Shown here: positions 23,437 through 32,652 of the stretch, in pieces
How positions within the stretch are numbered: the first letter of the stretch is position 1
Layout: each line of letters opens with the position of its first letter
Source of the DNA: Pseudomonadota bacterium
Lineage (GTDB): Bacteria > Pseudomonadota > Alphaproteobacteria > Rhizobiales > Devosiaceae
Assembly: GCA_023433775.1 (NCBI GenBank)
Contig: JAEYTY010000151.1
Location: 3,715-67,714 of the forward strand
Direction: 5' to 3'
DNA: 64,000 nt
Notes under the pieces: model-generated
Seen by the model: the letters and a program-made list of their open reading frames with translations, nothing else
The model's database searches: none
What the model was told of the DNA's origin: nothing
Program-made: the position numbers and the translations under genes

Positions 23437-24117
23437 TCATCCGAACTTCAAGGAGTTTGCCAACAGGTCGACAGCGTCCAACGCTTCTGAGATGACCGCC
23501 GGCTCGCAGGCCTCCCAGTAATTCATCTCAATGACGTGTGTGTCATCGCCATAGGAACCAAACGTGGCTTTTCCCCAGACGGGTTTGATGTCGCTGACCA
23601 TCTGCAGGTCGACAAGATCAGAACTCGCTCCATCTCGAAGCTGGAAGGTGCCAATCAAATGATGCCGCACCGACCGCCCAAGCCCGGCAACGAGGATAGG
23701 TTCGCCGAATGTCGGTGGTTGCCGTTGGGATCTGTGCTTTGCCGGCACGAACCAGATTTTGTCATGGCAAGGGACAAGGGCTCCGTACGCATAACCGTCG
23801 AAGCCGGCGTCGATAAAGGCGCCCCCACGAAACGTGCCAGGTAATCCTTCGAATTGGTATTGGAACCGCCACACCGCAGTCGGGTCCAGTTCGTCCACGG
23901 TCAGCCAGACGTCACTGACCCTGAGGGTCTTGAATTCCACCTGCATCTGCTGCTCGAAAGGCAGCATACGCATGGACGCCTCTGGGTCCCTGTTCTCCGC
24001 GAGGACGACATAATCCCCCGGAAGGGCGAAGTCAGCGCAGAGCATCGTCCGCGCTGTTTCGCCCAGGCCAATCAGTTCGATCCCATCCGTCGTCTGAAAA
24101 TGAATACCCGGCATCAT
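23437..24117 (-). CDS. Hypothetical cargo protein (226 aa)
   Basis: Longest ORF at the locus, ATG with AAGG upstream, stops just inside the transposon end; no motif recognised. Confidence 0.6.
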   Translation of the reverse strand: MMPGIHFQTTDGIELIGLGETARTMLCADFALPGDYVVLAENRDPEASMRMLPFEQQMQVEFKTLRVSDVWLTVDELDPTAVWRFQYQFEGLPGTFRGGAFIDAGFDGYAYGALVPCHDKIWFVPAKHRSQRQPPTFGEPILVAGLGRSVRHHLIGTFQLRDGASSDLVDLQMVSDIKPVWGKATFGSYGDDTHVIEMNYWEACEPAVISEALDAVDLLANSLKFG

Positions 24118-24271
24118 GCACCTTGCTGTTTGAGCAAGGTTGCAAGTGAAAGGAGCAAGGCACCACGGGAAAGGTGCGCCCTGCCCCCGGAGCGAAGCTC
24201 ATCTACCTAGGCGACTACGTTGCCTCCAGGTCTTCGGAGCCTGATCGGGAACCGGGAATGCTTCGCTCACC

Positions 24272-24634
24272 TTATCGGCTGAAGCCACTACCGCCGTCGT
24301 GGTCGTCTGTCGTGTCTTCTTCCTGCGCAAGATCGAAGGCCTCATGGGGCGCCCGCGCGTCCTCCTGATTATGGCTCCTCGCGGCAGCAACCACAACCTC
24401 GCCGTCGCGCTCCACGATCGTGAGCAGGGTCCGGTTATTGACGATGACGATGCGTGTATTCGGAATATCTCCATGTCCCGTCATCTGCGGGAATATGGCA
24501 AGATTCTTGACTGCCGTGTCGATCCGGTTCCGGAATGCCACGGCAGCGCCACGGCCAAATTCGCTGGCGATCTCCTCTGCCGTGCGCTCAAGCCATGCTA
24601 GCGCCGGCTCGGAGATACTGACCTTCTTTGGCAT
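24272..24634 (-). CDS. RelE/ParE-family toxin
   Basis: KVSISEPALAWLE...AAVAFRNRIDTAVKNLAIFPQM..G...TR pattern; start overlaps the antitoxin stop (TGATG). Confidence 0.72.
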   Translation of the reverse strand: MPKKVSISEPALAWLERTAEEIASEFGRGAAVAFRNRIDTAVKNLAIFPQMTGHGDIPNTRIVIVNNRTLLTIVERDGEVVVAAARSHNQEDARAPHEAFDLAQEEDTTDDHDGGSGFSR

Positions 24635-24912
24635 CAGCCAGCCTTCTTCGAAGAAGCGGCTTCGCCACGGTCGATGGCAGCATCAAGCCGCCCGAGGGCG
24701 ACACTCCACTCAACCGTCTCGCCGCGATCAACTGCTGCGATTCCGGCAGCATCCTGAAGCAGGCCCAGGCCCTCGCGATCCAAGTAGTACTTCATGGCCG
24801 TCAACATGACCCAGCTCCTGTCGCGATCGAGTATCATAGCGATGTCCTCGAACTTGCCGATCATCTCGACCGGAACTCGAATTGAGATTTGGGTACGTTC
24901 GGCGCTTGTCAC
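24634..24912 (-). CDS. CopG/ribbon-helix-helix antitoxin
   Basis: QISIRVP...FEDIA...DRDRSWVM..AM..YL RHH pattern plus GIAAVDRGETV; GTG at 24912 behind AGGAG. Confidence 0.78.
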   Translation of the reverse strand: MTSAERTQISIRVPVEMIGKFEDIAMILDRDRSWVMLTAMKYYLDREGLGLLQDAAGIAAVDRGETVEWSVALGRLDAAIDRGEAASSKKAG

Positions 24913-25077
24913 GATCGGACTCCTAGTGGGTTTCTTTGGGTCACACCGTATCACACGGCATCCCTATGTCAAGGCTAGATACTTCTCGCGCCTACCGGCG
25001 CACTCAAATTAACTATGGAATCCTTATACGCACGATTTTACTACCTAAAACGCAATTGATGCATTATGTGGTAGCCT

Positions 25078-26034
25078 ATGATCGAGCCAGCGCCATATTC
25101 CCGCGAACAGAAGCGCCACCTGTCAGAGGTCTCAGCCTCTTGGCGGGACCGTGCGCCCCTCCTCCTTGAGCAACAGGAACTGGTTGGCGGCCTGCAGTGG
25201 AAGAAGGTCGGTGCAAACGAATACCTATACCGGTACCAGCCGGACCCGATCACCCGGAAGAAGCGCTCCACCTCACTGGGGCGGCGGGGTCCAGAGACCG
25301 AGGCCGCCTATTCCGACTTCATCTCCCGGCGCCAGGCAGTCGCCGCGGCCATTGGTTCCGGTACGGAAGACCTCGAGACCCAGGCACGGGTCTCGAAGGC
25401 GCTGCGGCTGGGTCGCGTTCCCGTCGACGTCGCCGAAGTGTTCCTTGCCCTCTGGTCAGGCCGGGTGTCGGACCATCTCATGCTGGTCAGCGACCAGGCC
25501 GCCTACGGCTTCGAGACCGTGTTCCTGTCCAGAATCGCCAGTCCGGGAGCCGATGGGCTCAATTTCTGCGCGCTAGACGACGACATTCTCGAAGAGATGT
25601 TCCCGGAGTTGGAGCGGGCGATGATCGCCATGGACAAGACTGCCGAGATCACCCGCCAAGACGGAGAAGTCCTGGTGATGGGCAAGGCGATCGCCGTCAG
25701 GTTCTCATCGCCCTCCACCTTCTTGTCCCGGTGGTCCGAGCGGTTCGATGCCACTCACGAACAACAGGAAGCCCTGGCCGAACTCCTGGGCCTGGATCCG
25801 GTGCCGGTGTTGACCATCTCGCGGTCTGGGGCCCCTGCCCCCGTTCAGGTCCCGGATCCCAGGGCGTTCGCCTTCATGAACATGGTTATGGACGAGGGTC
25901 GCTTTGAAATTGGTTCCGCAATCGCCGCATTGGCGGCCCGGACCGACGCCTACCAGTTTGCCGACGACACTCTGGAGGCCATGCCCGAATTGGCGGATGC
26001 GGTAGGCGTCAGCCGGTCCGGACCCAGAATGTAG
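25078..26034 (+). CDS. GSU2403-like nucleotidyltransferase-fold protein, catalytic motif apparently degenerate
   Basis: WKKV...EYLYR, SLGRRGPETEAAY..F, ALRLGRVP and VPDPRAFA resemble the family as recalled; expected G..A.Y...T.D.D appears as VSDQAAYG...ADGLN. Confidence 0.55.
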   Translation: MIEPAPYSREQKRHLSEVSASWRDRAPLLLEQQELVGGLQWKKVGANEYLYRYQPDPITRKKRSTSLGRRGPETEAAYSDFISRRQAVAAAIGSGTEDLETQARVSKALRLGRVPVDVAEVFLALWSGRVSDHLMLVSDQAAYGFETVFLSRIASPGADGLNFCALDDDILEEMFPELERAMIAMDKTAEITRQDGEVLVMGKAIAVRFSSPSTFLSRWSERFDATHEQQEALAELLGLDPVPVLTISRSGAPAPVQVPDPRAFAFMNMVMDEGRFEIGSAIAALAARTDAYQFADDTLEAMPELADAVGVSRSGPRM

Positions 26035-26102
26035 ACGCGGGCCGCGAAGGCCGCCCGGCGATTCCGAAACTGCAATTAGGCCTTCGGGCCGAAGGAGGAC
26101 AC

Positions 26103-26957
26103 ATGTCCGCCGAAACGAACGACCACGCCTTGCCTTCGATCGACCGCTGGCTCGCAAGGCTTTCCGGGAAGTCGGAATCAACCAGGGACTGCTACGGACG
26201 GGATGTCCGGCAGGTCGCCGATATTGTCGGAAAGACGCTGAATCGCCCGGCCTTGGCAAGCGACATCATTTCCCTGGATACGGAGTGGCTCGAGGGGATG
26301 ACCCGAAACTGGCTGGCTCGACGCCATGCTCCAGCGACCGTTCGACGCCGCCTGGTTTCGTTGCGCCGGTATGGTCGAGACCTCGCCGATAGCGAGGGGC
26401 TGGTGGGCCCGCTGCTCCATGCCCGGTTCCCGGTCATCGACGTTCCCGTGCTGGAACGGGTGTCTGACCATGCCATGACCGGGCTGGCAGAAAATGTCGA
26501 CCCGGCCATGGCATGGACGGAGGCGCGAGACCTTGCGATCTTGTCCCTCATAGTCGAGAGAGGTGTCTCGACGGGTGAACTCGCGCGCATGCAGCGCCAG
26601 CACCTGGCCCTGGACCTGCTCTTGGTCACCAGTCCGCGCGGGTCTACCCGCTTCGTCCAATTGCCGGAAAGCGTCGTCGACCAGATCAACGTCTATTGGG
26701 CACAGTGCCCGCGCCCTCACGACGCATCAGGACCTCTTTGGCTGAACGCCCGCGGCGGTGCATTGTCGGTTCGCTCGATCCAGATGATGTTCCGCCGCCG
26801 CAGGTCGCAAGCATCCCTCCCACCCGGGGTCGCGGCCGGCACGTATCGCCGGAGCTACATCAGGGCGCTGGCAAGATCCGGACTGTCGGTTGAACAGATC
26901 GCCGCAAAGATCGGTATTGGCACCCCGACCGTGCTGTTTCATCTGCAGGGCTCCTAA
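26103..26957 (+). CDS. XerC-like tyrosine-recombinase homologue, predicted catalytically dead; candidate transposon target selector
   Basis: Core-binding domain (S.STRDCYGRD, APATVRRRLVSLR) and XerC-like W..ARD, CP...GPLW.NARGG.LS.R.IQ retained; catalytic positions changed: GLR->GVS, GK->SP, H.LR->GTYR, LGH->IGI, Tyr absent; strong GGAGG RBS. Confidence 0.85.
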   Translation: MSAETNDHALPSIDRWLARLSGKSESTRDCYGRDVRQVADIVGKTLNRPALASDIISLDTEWLEGMTRNWLARRHAPATVRRRLVSLRRYGRDLADSEGLVGPLLHARFPVIDVPVLERVSDHAMTGLAENVDPAMAWTEARDLAILSLIVERGVSTGELARMQRQHLALDLLLVTSPRGSTRFVQLPESVVDQINVYWAQCPRPHDASGPLWLNARGGALSVRSIQMMFRRRRSQASLPPGVAAGTYRRSYIRALARSGLSVEQIAAKIGIGTPTVLFHLQGS

Positions 26958-27034
26958 CGCACCGGAAACCAAGACTCCAGTTCGGAGGCCCAACAGCACC
27001 GCTGTCAGGATCCTGTAAACCCTTGTAACGCCAA

Positions 27035-27892
27035 ATGTTCGGCAAATCCCGATCGCAGAAGTCGGGGCCGGCAGGGATACCAACGATGACCATCATCAAG
27101 CGCAGGAATACGTGGGAGTCCGAGAAGGTCGATCTCCTTGACGAAACCTGGGAGCAGCTCGCTCCAGGGGTCGAACGCTTCCGGCTGCCGGGAAACGAAC
27201 CCGTCCGACGGATCATCACCGGTCGACGCAACCTCAAGGTCGGTGCTTTCTGGAGTTGGAAGAACAACCAGCACGTCGCCCACGAATCCGCCGGCGAAGA
27301 GCATTGCGCCCGCGTCCTCGAGGTCCACCAGTCCGTCGATGCCTATTTCGGTCAACCCGAGCAATTGCGCTTCCTGGTGGAGGGGCAGGACAGGCCGGTG
27401 CGCTACACCCCGGACTTCCTGATCGTCTCGGGCGGGCGCGAACTGCGCGTCGAGTACAAGCCCTACGACATGGTCCATGCACCGGTTCCCGCCAACGACA
27501 ACGACGAGGAGGCGATCTACCGCCATGCGAAGTCGGTCAAGCTACGTGAGCGCTTGGCGCTGATACAGGACGTCTACCAGCGGTGCGGCATACCGTGGCG
27601 TTTGATCACCGATCGCGACCTTCACGGTATGGCCGACAAGGAGGTCGTCGACGAAATCGTCGCCAATGCCGGTCGCCCCATGGCCGACGGCGACCTGGTC
27701 AGACTGGTCGAATTCCTCGCAAACACGGATGCCCAAGCCGCGACCATGGGGCAATGCGCCCGGCTTCTGGCCTCGTCTGAATTTCCGAGGGGCGACATTC
27801 TTTCGAGGGTGCCCGAACGGATATTCTCGATCGATCTCCACCAGGAGATATCGGACGACACACTGGTGAAATTGGGGAGCGCCGCACGATGA
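27035..27892 (+). CDS. tnsA: TnsA-like endonuclease
   Basis: HES..E, QP, RYTPDFL, VEYK PD-(D/E)xK pattern; ATGA-coupled to tnsB; alternative start at 27086. Confidence 0.88.
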   Translation: MFGKSRSQKSGPAGIPTMTIIKRRNTWESEKVDLLDETWEQLAPGVERFRLPGNEPVRRIITGRRNLKVGAFWSWKNNQHVAHESAGEEHCARVLEVHQSVDAYFGQPEQLRFLVEGQDRPVRYTPDFLIVSGGRELRVEYKPYDMVHAPVPANDNDEEAIYRHAKSVKLRERLALIQDVYQRCGIPWRLITDRDLHGMADKEVVDEIVANAGRPMADGDLVRLVEFLANTDAQAATMGQCARLLASSEFPRGDILSRVPERIFSIDLHQEISDDTLVKLGSAAR

Positions 27893-30159
27893 ATGCCATT
27901 TCGCCCGCCGGCGCCGACAGGGAACCCATTCGTGCGCCGATAACCCTCGACAAGTTCATGGCCGACGACCTCGAGGAAAACACCATCGTCTTCATCGACG
28001 AGGTTTCGCACCGGTTCCTTGCCAAGGTCCCGGACGGCCCGCACCTGTTTTGGCACGGTACCGAGCAACGGCAGGTCGAGTACGGGACTGCCGAGCTCTT
28101 GGACCTGATCGCCAAGGGCCGTTACTATCGACCGGGCAGCGGTTCGCCGAAGTTCGACGACGCGGCGAAGGCCGGGGAACATCTCGAGCGCATAAGGCTG
28201 GCTATAAATGCCTTTCCGGCCAAGTCGCGGGCGAAGGCCAAGATCCGCTACCTCTACGTATTGCAGTACCTGCTCCTCCAGGCGAACCACGGCGCGTTCG
28301 CCCGCAACCACGAAAACGCACAGATCGTGATCGACGCGACCACGGCGGCAAACGACAAGTTGCCAGACGGCCAACGTCAGCTCCTCCCCCGGAACGTGTC
28401 GACGCGTACCGTGCTGCGATGGATCGCCAGGGAAATCGATCTCGACATGCAGGAGGCGGGACAGCTGCACGGCAACGCGGTCAAGCCACGGACCCGCAAG
28501 CTCCCGCCCAAGGTCTACGAACTCATTGCCAAGCGCATCCGCTCGATGGTCCGGATATCGTCCAAGTTCGGGCCCACGAAAATGCTCATCAAGGTCGAGG
28601 CCGACATCGACGCCCACAACAACGAGCACGGCACCAAGTACCCGTACCCGTCGCTCTCGACCGTGGCCCTCGAGTACCGCCGGTACGACGGTTGGATCCG
28701 CAAGGCGCGGGCAGAAGGCGTGAAGGCCGCGGACCTGGAATATGGCGCAGTTGGCAAGTTGGAACGCCCTGCCCGCATCCTGGATCTGGTCGAGATCGAC
28801 CATCACAAGTTCGACCTCCACCCAACCACGGGCGACCTGGGCAAGACCGAGCTGGGGATCGAACTGGCGAAGGGCGGCATCGACAGGTTCTGGGTGTGCC
28901 TGGCACTCGACGTGCATTCGGGCTATCCGCTGGGCTTTGCCATCACGTTCGAGCCCGGCGGTCTGGTGCCTGCCGTAATGTGCATTGACCATGCCATTCG
29001 CCCCAAGCCATATGTTGCCGAGAGATGGCCGGACATCAATGGCCAGTTGCTCGGATACGGCAAGCCGGTCAAGGTGCGCTACGACAACGCCAAGGAATTC
29101 GTGTCGCTGCAGCTGCAGACCAACCTCGCGCGTATCGGCGTCGGGTTCGAACTCGCCATTCCCCGCATCCCCAACAGCAAGCCATACGTCGAGCGCCATT
29201 TCGGCACGATCGAACGCGACTTCGTTCACTGGCTGCCGGGGTCCATGGGCGCCAACATCGGCGAGAAGGGTGACAGGAAGCCTCAGCAGGAAGCAAAGGT
29301 CGATCTCGATGCCTTCCAGAAGCTGTTCCATCAATACCTGATCGAGGTGCTCGCACGCCGTCAGCAGGAGGGTCTCGACTGGGAAACTCCCGAGGAACGC
29401 TGGGTCCGCGGCATGACCAATCCCTCACACCGTCCCCGCACCCTCACACCCTACGAAACCAAGAAGTGGGATCTCGTCACCACCCTCGAACTGGACCTGA
29501 ACGCGACACGCGAGGGCATTCGCTGGAAGAACCTGCATTTTCAATCCGCGGAACTGCAGAAGCTCCGGCGCTTCAGCGGCATCCAGAGGTTCAATGGCCA
29601 GGAAGCCCCGCCCATGCCTGTAAAGGTGCGCATCCCGCTCCTCGATATCGGGCGAGCATACGTGGCAGTACAAAAGAACACACCCGGCCTGTCGCCGGAC
29701 CAAGACGAGATAGTGGTCCTGGCCACCAACAGGCACGCCCACGGGCGCACGATCTGGCAACACCAGGCTGTCTGCGATTGGCTAAACCGAGAGAAGAAGA
29801 AGCCCACCAACCATGCCGACTACAAGATTGGTTTCCTCAGGTTGTTCCGGAACGCCATGGAGTATGTCGGTATGGATGTCGACGGCAACGGCGGCAGGGT
29901 TACGCTCTCCGGTGGCCAGGCACCGCGGTTTCTCGGCCTCTATCTAGGCGGTGCCGCCGAACCAGCCCTCTCCAAGGTCAAGGAGATCATCGACCGCGAC
30001 GACCCGTTCGCCGACTTCGCCGCCGGAAAGGATGTCGGATCAGTGATCGACGGTACAGTGGTGCTGCCACCCCAACCGCCGAAGGAAGATCCAGCTGCGG
30101 ACAATGACGACGCCGACGATTGGGGCGCTGCCGACTTCGACGAGGATGATGACCAATGA
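27889..30159 (+). CDS. tnsB: TnsB-like DDE transposase
   Basis: DDE triad in EIDHH, YDNAKEF, KPYVERHFGT; 756 aa; acidic C-terminal tail. Confidence 0.93.
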   Translation: MNAISPAGADREPIRAPITLDKFMADDLEENTIVFIDEVSHRFLAKVPDGPHLFWHGTEQRQVEYGTAELLDLIAKGRYYRPGSGSPKFDDAAKAGEHLERIRLAINAFPAKSRAKAKIRYLYVLQYLLLQANHGAFARNHENAQIVIDATTAANDKLPDGQRQLLPRNVSTRTVLRWIAREIDLDMQEAGQLHGNAVKPRTRKLPPKVYELIAKRIRSMVRISSKFGPTKMLIKVEADIDAHNNEHGTKYPYPSLSTVALEYRRYDGWIRKARAEGVKAADLEYGAVGKLERPARILDLVEIDHHKFDLHPTTGDLGKTELGIELAKGGIDRFWVCLALDVHSGYPLGFAITFEPGGLVPAVMCIDHAIRPKPYVAERWPDINGQLLGYGKPVKVRYDNAKEFVSLQLQTNLARIGVGFELAIPRIPNSKPYVERHFGTIERDFVHWLPGSMGANIGEKGDRKPQQEAKVDLDAFQKLFHQYLIEVLARRQQEGLDWETPEERWVRGMTNPSHRPRTLTPYETKKWDLVTTLELDLNATREGIRWKNLHFQSAELQKLRRFSGIQRFNGQEAPPMPVKVRIPLLDIGRAYVAVQKNTPGLSPDQDEIVVLATNRHAHGRTIWQHQAVCDWLNREKKKPTNHADYKIGFLRLFRNAMEYVGMDVDGNGGRVTLSGGQAPRFLGLYLGGAAEPALSKVKEIIDRDDPFADFAAGKDVGSVIDGTVVLPPQPPKEDPAADNDDADDWGAADFDEDDDQ

Positions 30160-31250
30160 TCGACGAGAAGCCCACAGTCACTGATACCGGTCCGACGCGA
30201 GAGGAGATGTCGACTTGGGACGCCGAACGGCGTCTCTCGCGTATCCAGCAGATTTACATCAAGCATCCGCGGGCCAAGATGATCCAGACCCAGATGGAGC
30301 TGCATTGGCGGTACGGTCTGCGCCTACGCGAGTCCACTGCCTGCTTCATTGTCGGCAACAGCCGTTGCGGAAAATCGGAAACGCTCAAGCGCTTTGTGAA
30401 GCAGAAGACAGGCGTAACCGTGCCCAAGACCTCGGACGGTCAAGCGCTCCTCGTCGAGGGAAATGGTGTCCGTATCGTCTATCTCGACGCCATGAACGGC
30501 GCCACGCCGCTGGAAGCATCGAAGTCCATGCTCAAGGATCTTTTCCAGTTCCAGGCCACGTTTTCCGAGAACGAGGCCAGCGGAAAGGTTCTCCACTTTT
30601 TCGGCATCGGGAAGATCGATCTCTTGATCATCGACGAGGGCCAGAAGATGATCGGCAAAGGGAGTGCGACTGCCGCCACAGGCAAGTTCGCCAATTGGCT
30701 GCTGTCTATGGCCAACGCAAGGCGGGTCAGGATCATCGTCGCCGGCGGTCCGGAGTTGCAGGATCTAATCGACGGGCACCACATGATCCGTGACCGCAAG
30801 GACAGCCTGCAGCACATCACTCCGTTCGCCCATGCCACAAAGGCAGACCGCGCGGCCTTCGCAAAGTTCCTCGCTGAGTTCGACGCCAAGACACCTTTTA
30901 TCAAGACGCCGCTGACTGATTTAAACCTTCAGGACGCGTTCTTTTTCGCGACCCGTGGACGGCCCGGGCGGCTCTCGTTCCTGTTGGAGAAGGCGACACA
31001 GGTGGCTTTTCTCGAGAGCGAAGAACAGCCTATGCCTGAGTTGACGCTCTCGCATGTAGCCCAAGCCTTTGACCTCGTGATGTTGTTCGAGACCCAAATG
31101 CTCGGGATCAACCCTTTCGGACACGATGGCGATTTACCGACCATCCCGCAAAACCTCGAGCAGGAAGGAACGGATATCTTCGAGTCCAAGCCCGCCGCTC
31201 GCAGCGGCAGTAAAGGCAGGGGTAAGGGCAACCGGCTTTACGGCAAGTGA
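30156..31250 (+). CDS. tnsC: TnsC/TniB-like AAA+ ATPase
   Basis: IYIKHPR, Walker A GNSRCGKS, Walker B LLIIDEGQ, ATRGRPGRL; coupled to tnsB. Confidence 0.92.
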   Translation: MIDEKPTVTDTGPTREEMSTWDAERRLSRIQQIYIKHPRAKMIQTQMELHWRYGLRLRESTACFIVGNSRCGKSETLKRFVKQKTGVTVPKTSDGQALLVEGNGVRIVYLDAMNGATPLEASKSMLKDLFQFQATFSENEASGKVLHFFGIGKIDLLIIDEGQKMIGKGSATAATGKFANWLLSMANARRVRIIVAGGPELQDLIDGHHMIRDRKDSLQHITPFAHATKADRAAFAKFLAEFDAKTPFIKTPLTDLNLQDAFFFATRGRPGRLSFLLEKATQVAFLESEEQPMPELTLSHVAQAFDLVMLFETQMLGINPFGHDGDLPTIPQNLEQEGTDIFESKPAARSGSKGRGKGNRLYGK

Positions 31251-32254
31251 TGGACGATCTGCTGCTAACTCCCTGGCGGTTCCCGCCCGCACTCCATCAT
31301 GACGAATGCGTCAGGTCGATGGTGCTGCGAACCGCTCGGCAGGGTTCTATGTCGGCCAACGAGTTCATCGGCCTCTATCTCAAGTCGGCATCAGAGCTCT
31401 ACGGCATGCCTTACGACAGCAAGGCCCTGATGCGCTTGGCAGCCATCGTCGGTCAAGAGCCGGAATTCACGCTTAAAATCGCGGCTGCCGATGCTGCCCC
31501 CCTTCCGGAAATTGAAAGCGGCTGCAGGTCGTCCGTGCCGGTCGGAACGTACTCGTCCGGCTATCGCCGCGTTGCTCCCGGGATGATGCGGGGCGATGGC
31601 GAAACGCCATATGCCAGACTTGCTTGGTCAGTCGCCGCTTTCCCATGCGACCTCGTCACGGGCGAGATCCTAGTCAGCCGGTGCCCCGCATGCGGCAAGG
31701 AACTCACCTGGCACACGGACCGGATCTGCCAATGCGATAGTTGTCCCTTCGATGTGCGGGACATCGAGCCGATTTTTTGTCCTCACGAAGAGCTGGCCGA
31801 CATCCGCGTCATTGCCGGCATGATGGGTTGGCAAGACTACGGCGGGGCGCAACGACCTGCCTTACCAGAGCCGTTCGGTTCTCTGCCCGCAAACGATCTT
31901 GTCGCTGCCCTTGGGTGGTGCGCCTACCTGCAGGGCGTCCTCGATCGCTCTGGCATAGGTGCCGACGCTGCACATGCACATCTGGGGCTCCCTGTTGCCC
32001 TAGCGTGGCCCACGCCCCTGGACCAGCTGGCGAGTCTCATGACCCGCCAACTCGACAGCCGAGTTTATGATCTCCAAGCGGCAATGCAACTGTTGCTCGG
32101 GGATGGTCTCCCACGATCCTTGGCCGAGCACATCCGGTTGCAGGCGGCGGAGGCGATGCAGCGGGCCGTCCACAGCCGGGCGTCTGATACTGAGCGCTAC
32201 AACCGTTCCTACCTGACCCTTCCCAACCTCGCTACGGCAGCACGCCGAGGTTAG
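31247..32254 (+). CDS. tniQ: Short TniQ-family protein (335 aa)
   Basis: N-terminal P...DE...S..LR.A motif and W.....C.....L...CPAC...C.C..C zinc-finger region; follows tnsC. Confidence 0.85.
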   Translation: MMDDLLLTPWRFPPALHHDECVRSMVLRTARQGSMSANEFIGLYLKSASELYGMPYDSKALMRLAAIVGQEPEFTLKIAAADAAPLPEIESGCRSSVPVGTYSSGYRRVAPGMMRGDGETPYARLAWSVAAFPCDLVTGEILVSRCPACGKELTWHTDRICQCDSCPFDVRDIEPIFCPHEELADIRVIAGMMGWQDYGGAQRPALPEPFGSLPANDLVAALGWCAYLQGVLDRSGIGADAAHAHLGLPVALAWPTPLDQLASLMTRQLDSRVYDLQAAMQLLLGDGLPRSLAEHIRLQAAEAMQRAVHSRASDTERYNRSYLTLPNLATAARRG

Positions 32255-32558
32255 TAAACCAGCCCACCGCGTGGTCGAACCCTGTCTTCTCCAAGTGGTA
32301 GAAGCGGACTGCCCCCACCTTTGTCCAACCCACCAGTCCGACTTTCTCGAGATAGTGGAGGGCGCTGAACTCGTGCGCGGCTTCCCCGAACACGCGCGCC
32401 AGGTCTTGGTCCGCGACAGGGCCAGCCTTCAGCTTCTCCAGGATTTTGCGGATGTGCGGATCCGACAGGATGTAGAACACCGCATTGTCGCGAACGAATT
32501 GGGGGTCGCCATCACGCGGGTAAGGGAAACCAGTGTAACTCGACCGCTGGACGGACAT
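32232..32558 (-). CDS. ArsR/SmtB-family winged-HTH regulator (cargo)
   Basis: VF.ILSDP..RKIL..L..GP....DLA...L...GLV...K.G..RFY.L pattern; convergent with tniQ. Confidence 0.75.
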   Translation of the reverse strand: MSVQRSSYTGFPYPRDGDPQFVRDNAVFYILSDPHIRKILEKLKAGPVADQDLARVFGEAAHEFSALHYLEKVGLVGWTKVGAVRFYHLEKTGFDHAVGWFTNLGVLP

Positions 32559-32652
32559 GCGCGGATCCTGTGCAAAACAACGGCAATGTCCACCTAATCC
32601 ATAACCATTAGATTAAAAGTGGAATCATACGCACCGTATCGTCTTGTCCGCG

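Noticed and set aside
26103..26957. Host xerC gene or active resolvase
   Set aside because: Lies inside the transposon and lacks the catalytic Arg, His and Tyr; no gene symbol assigned
27622..29334. 570-aa minus-strand ORF, and similar long ORFs such as 50339-52174 and 12815-14182
   Set aside because: Antisense shadows of well-supported genes in GC-rich DNA, with no recognisable motifs
32594..32621. Second dif-like site inside the element (ATCCATAACCATTAG)
   Set aside because: Only a 7-bp half-site match (TCCATAA), with no matching second arm at 6-bp spacing
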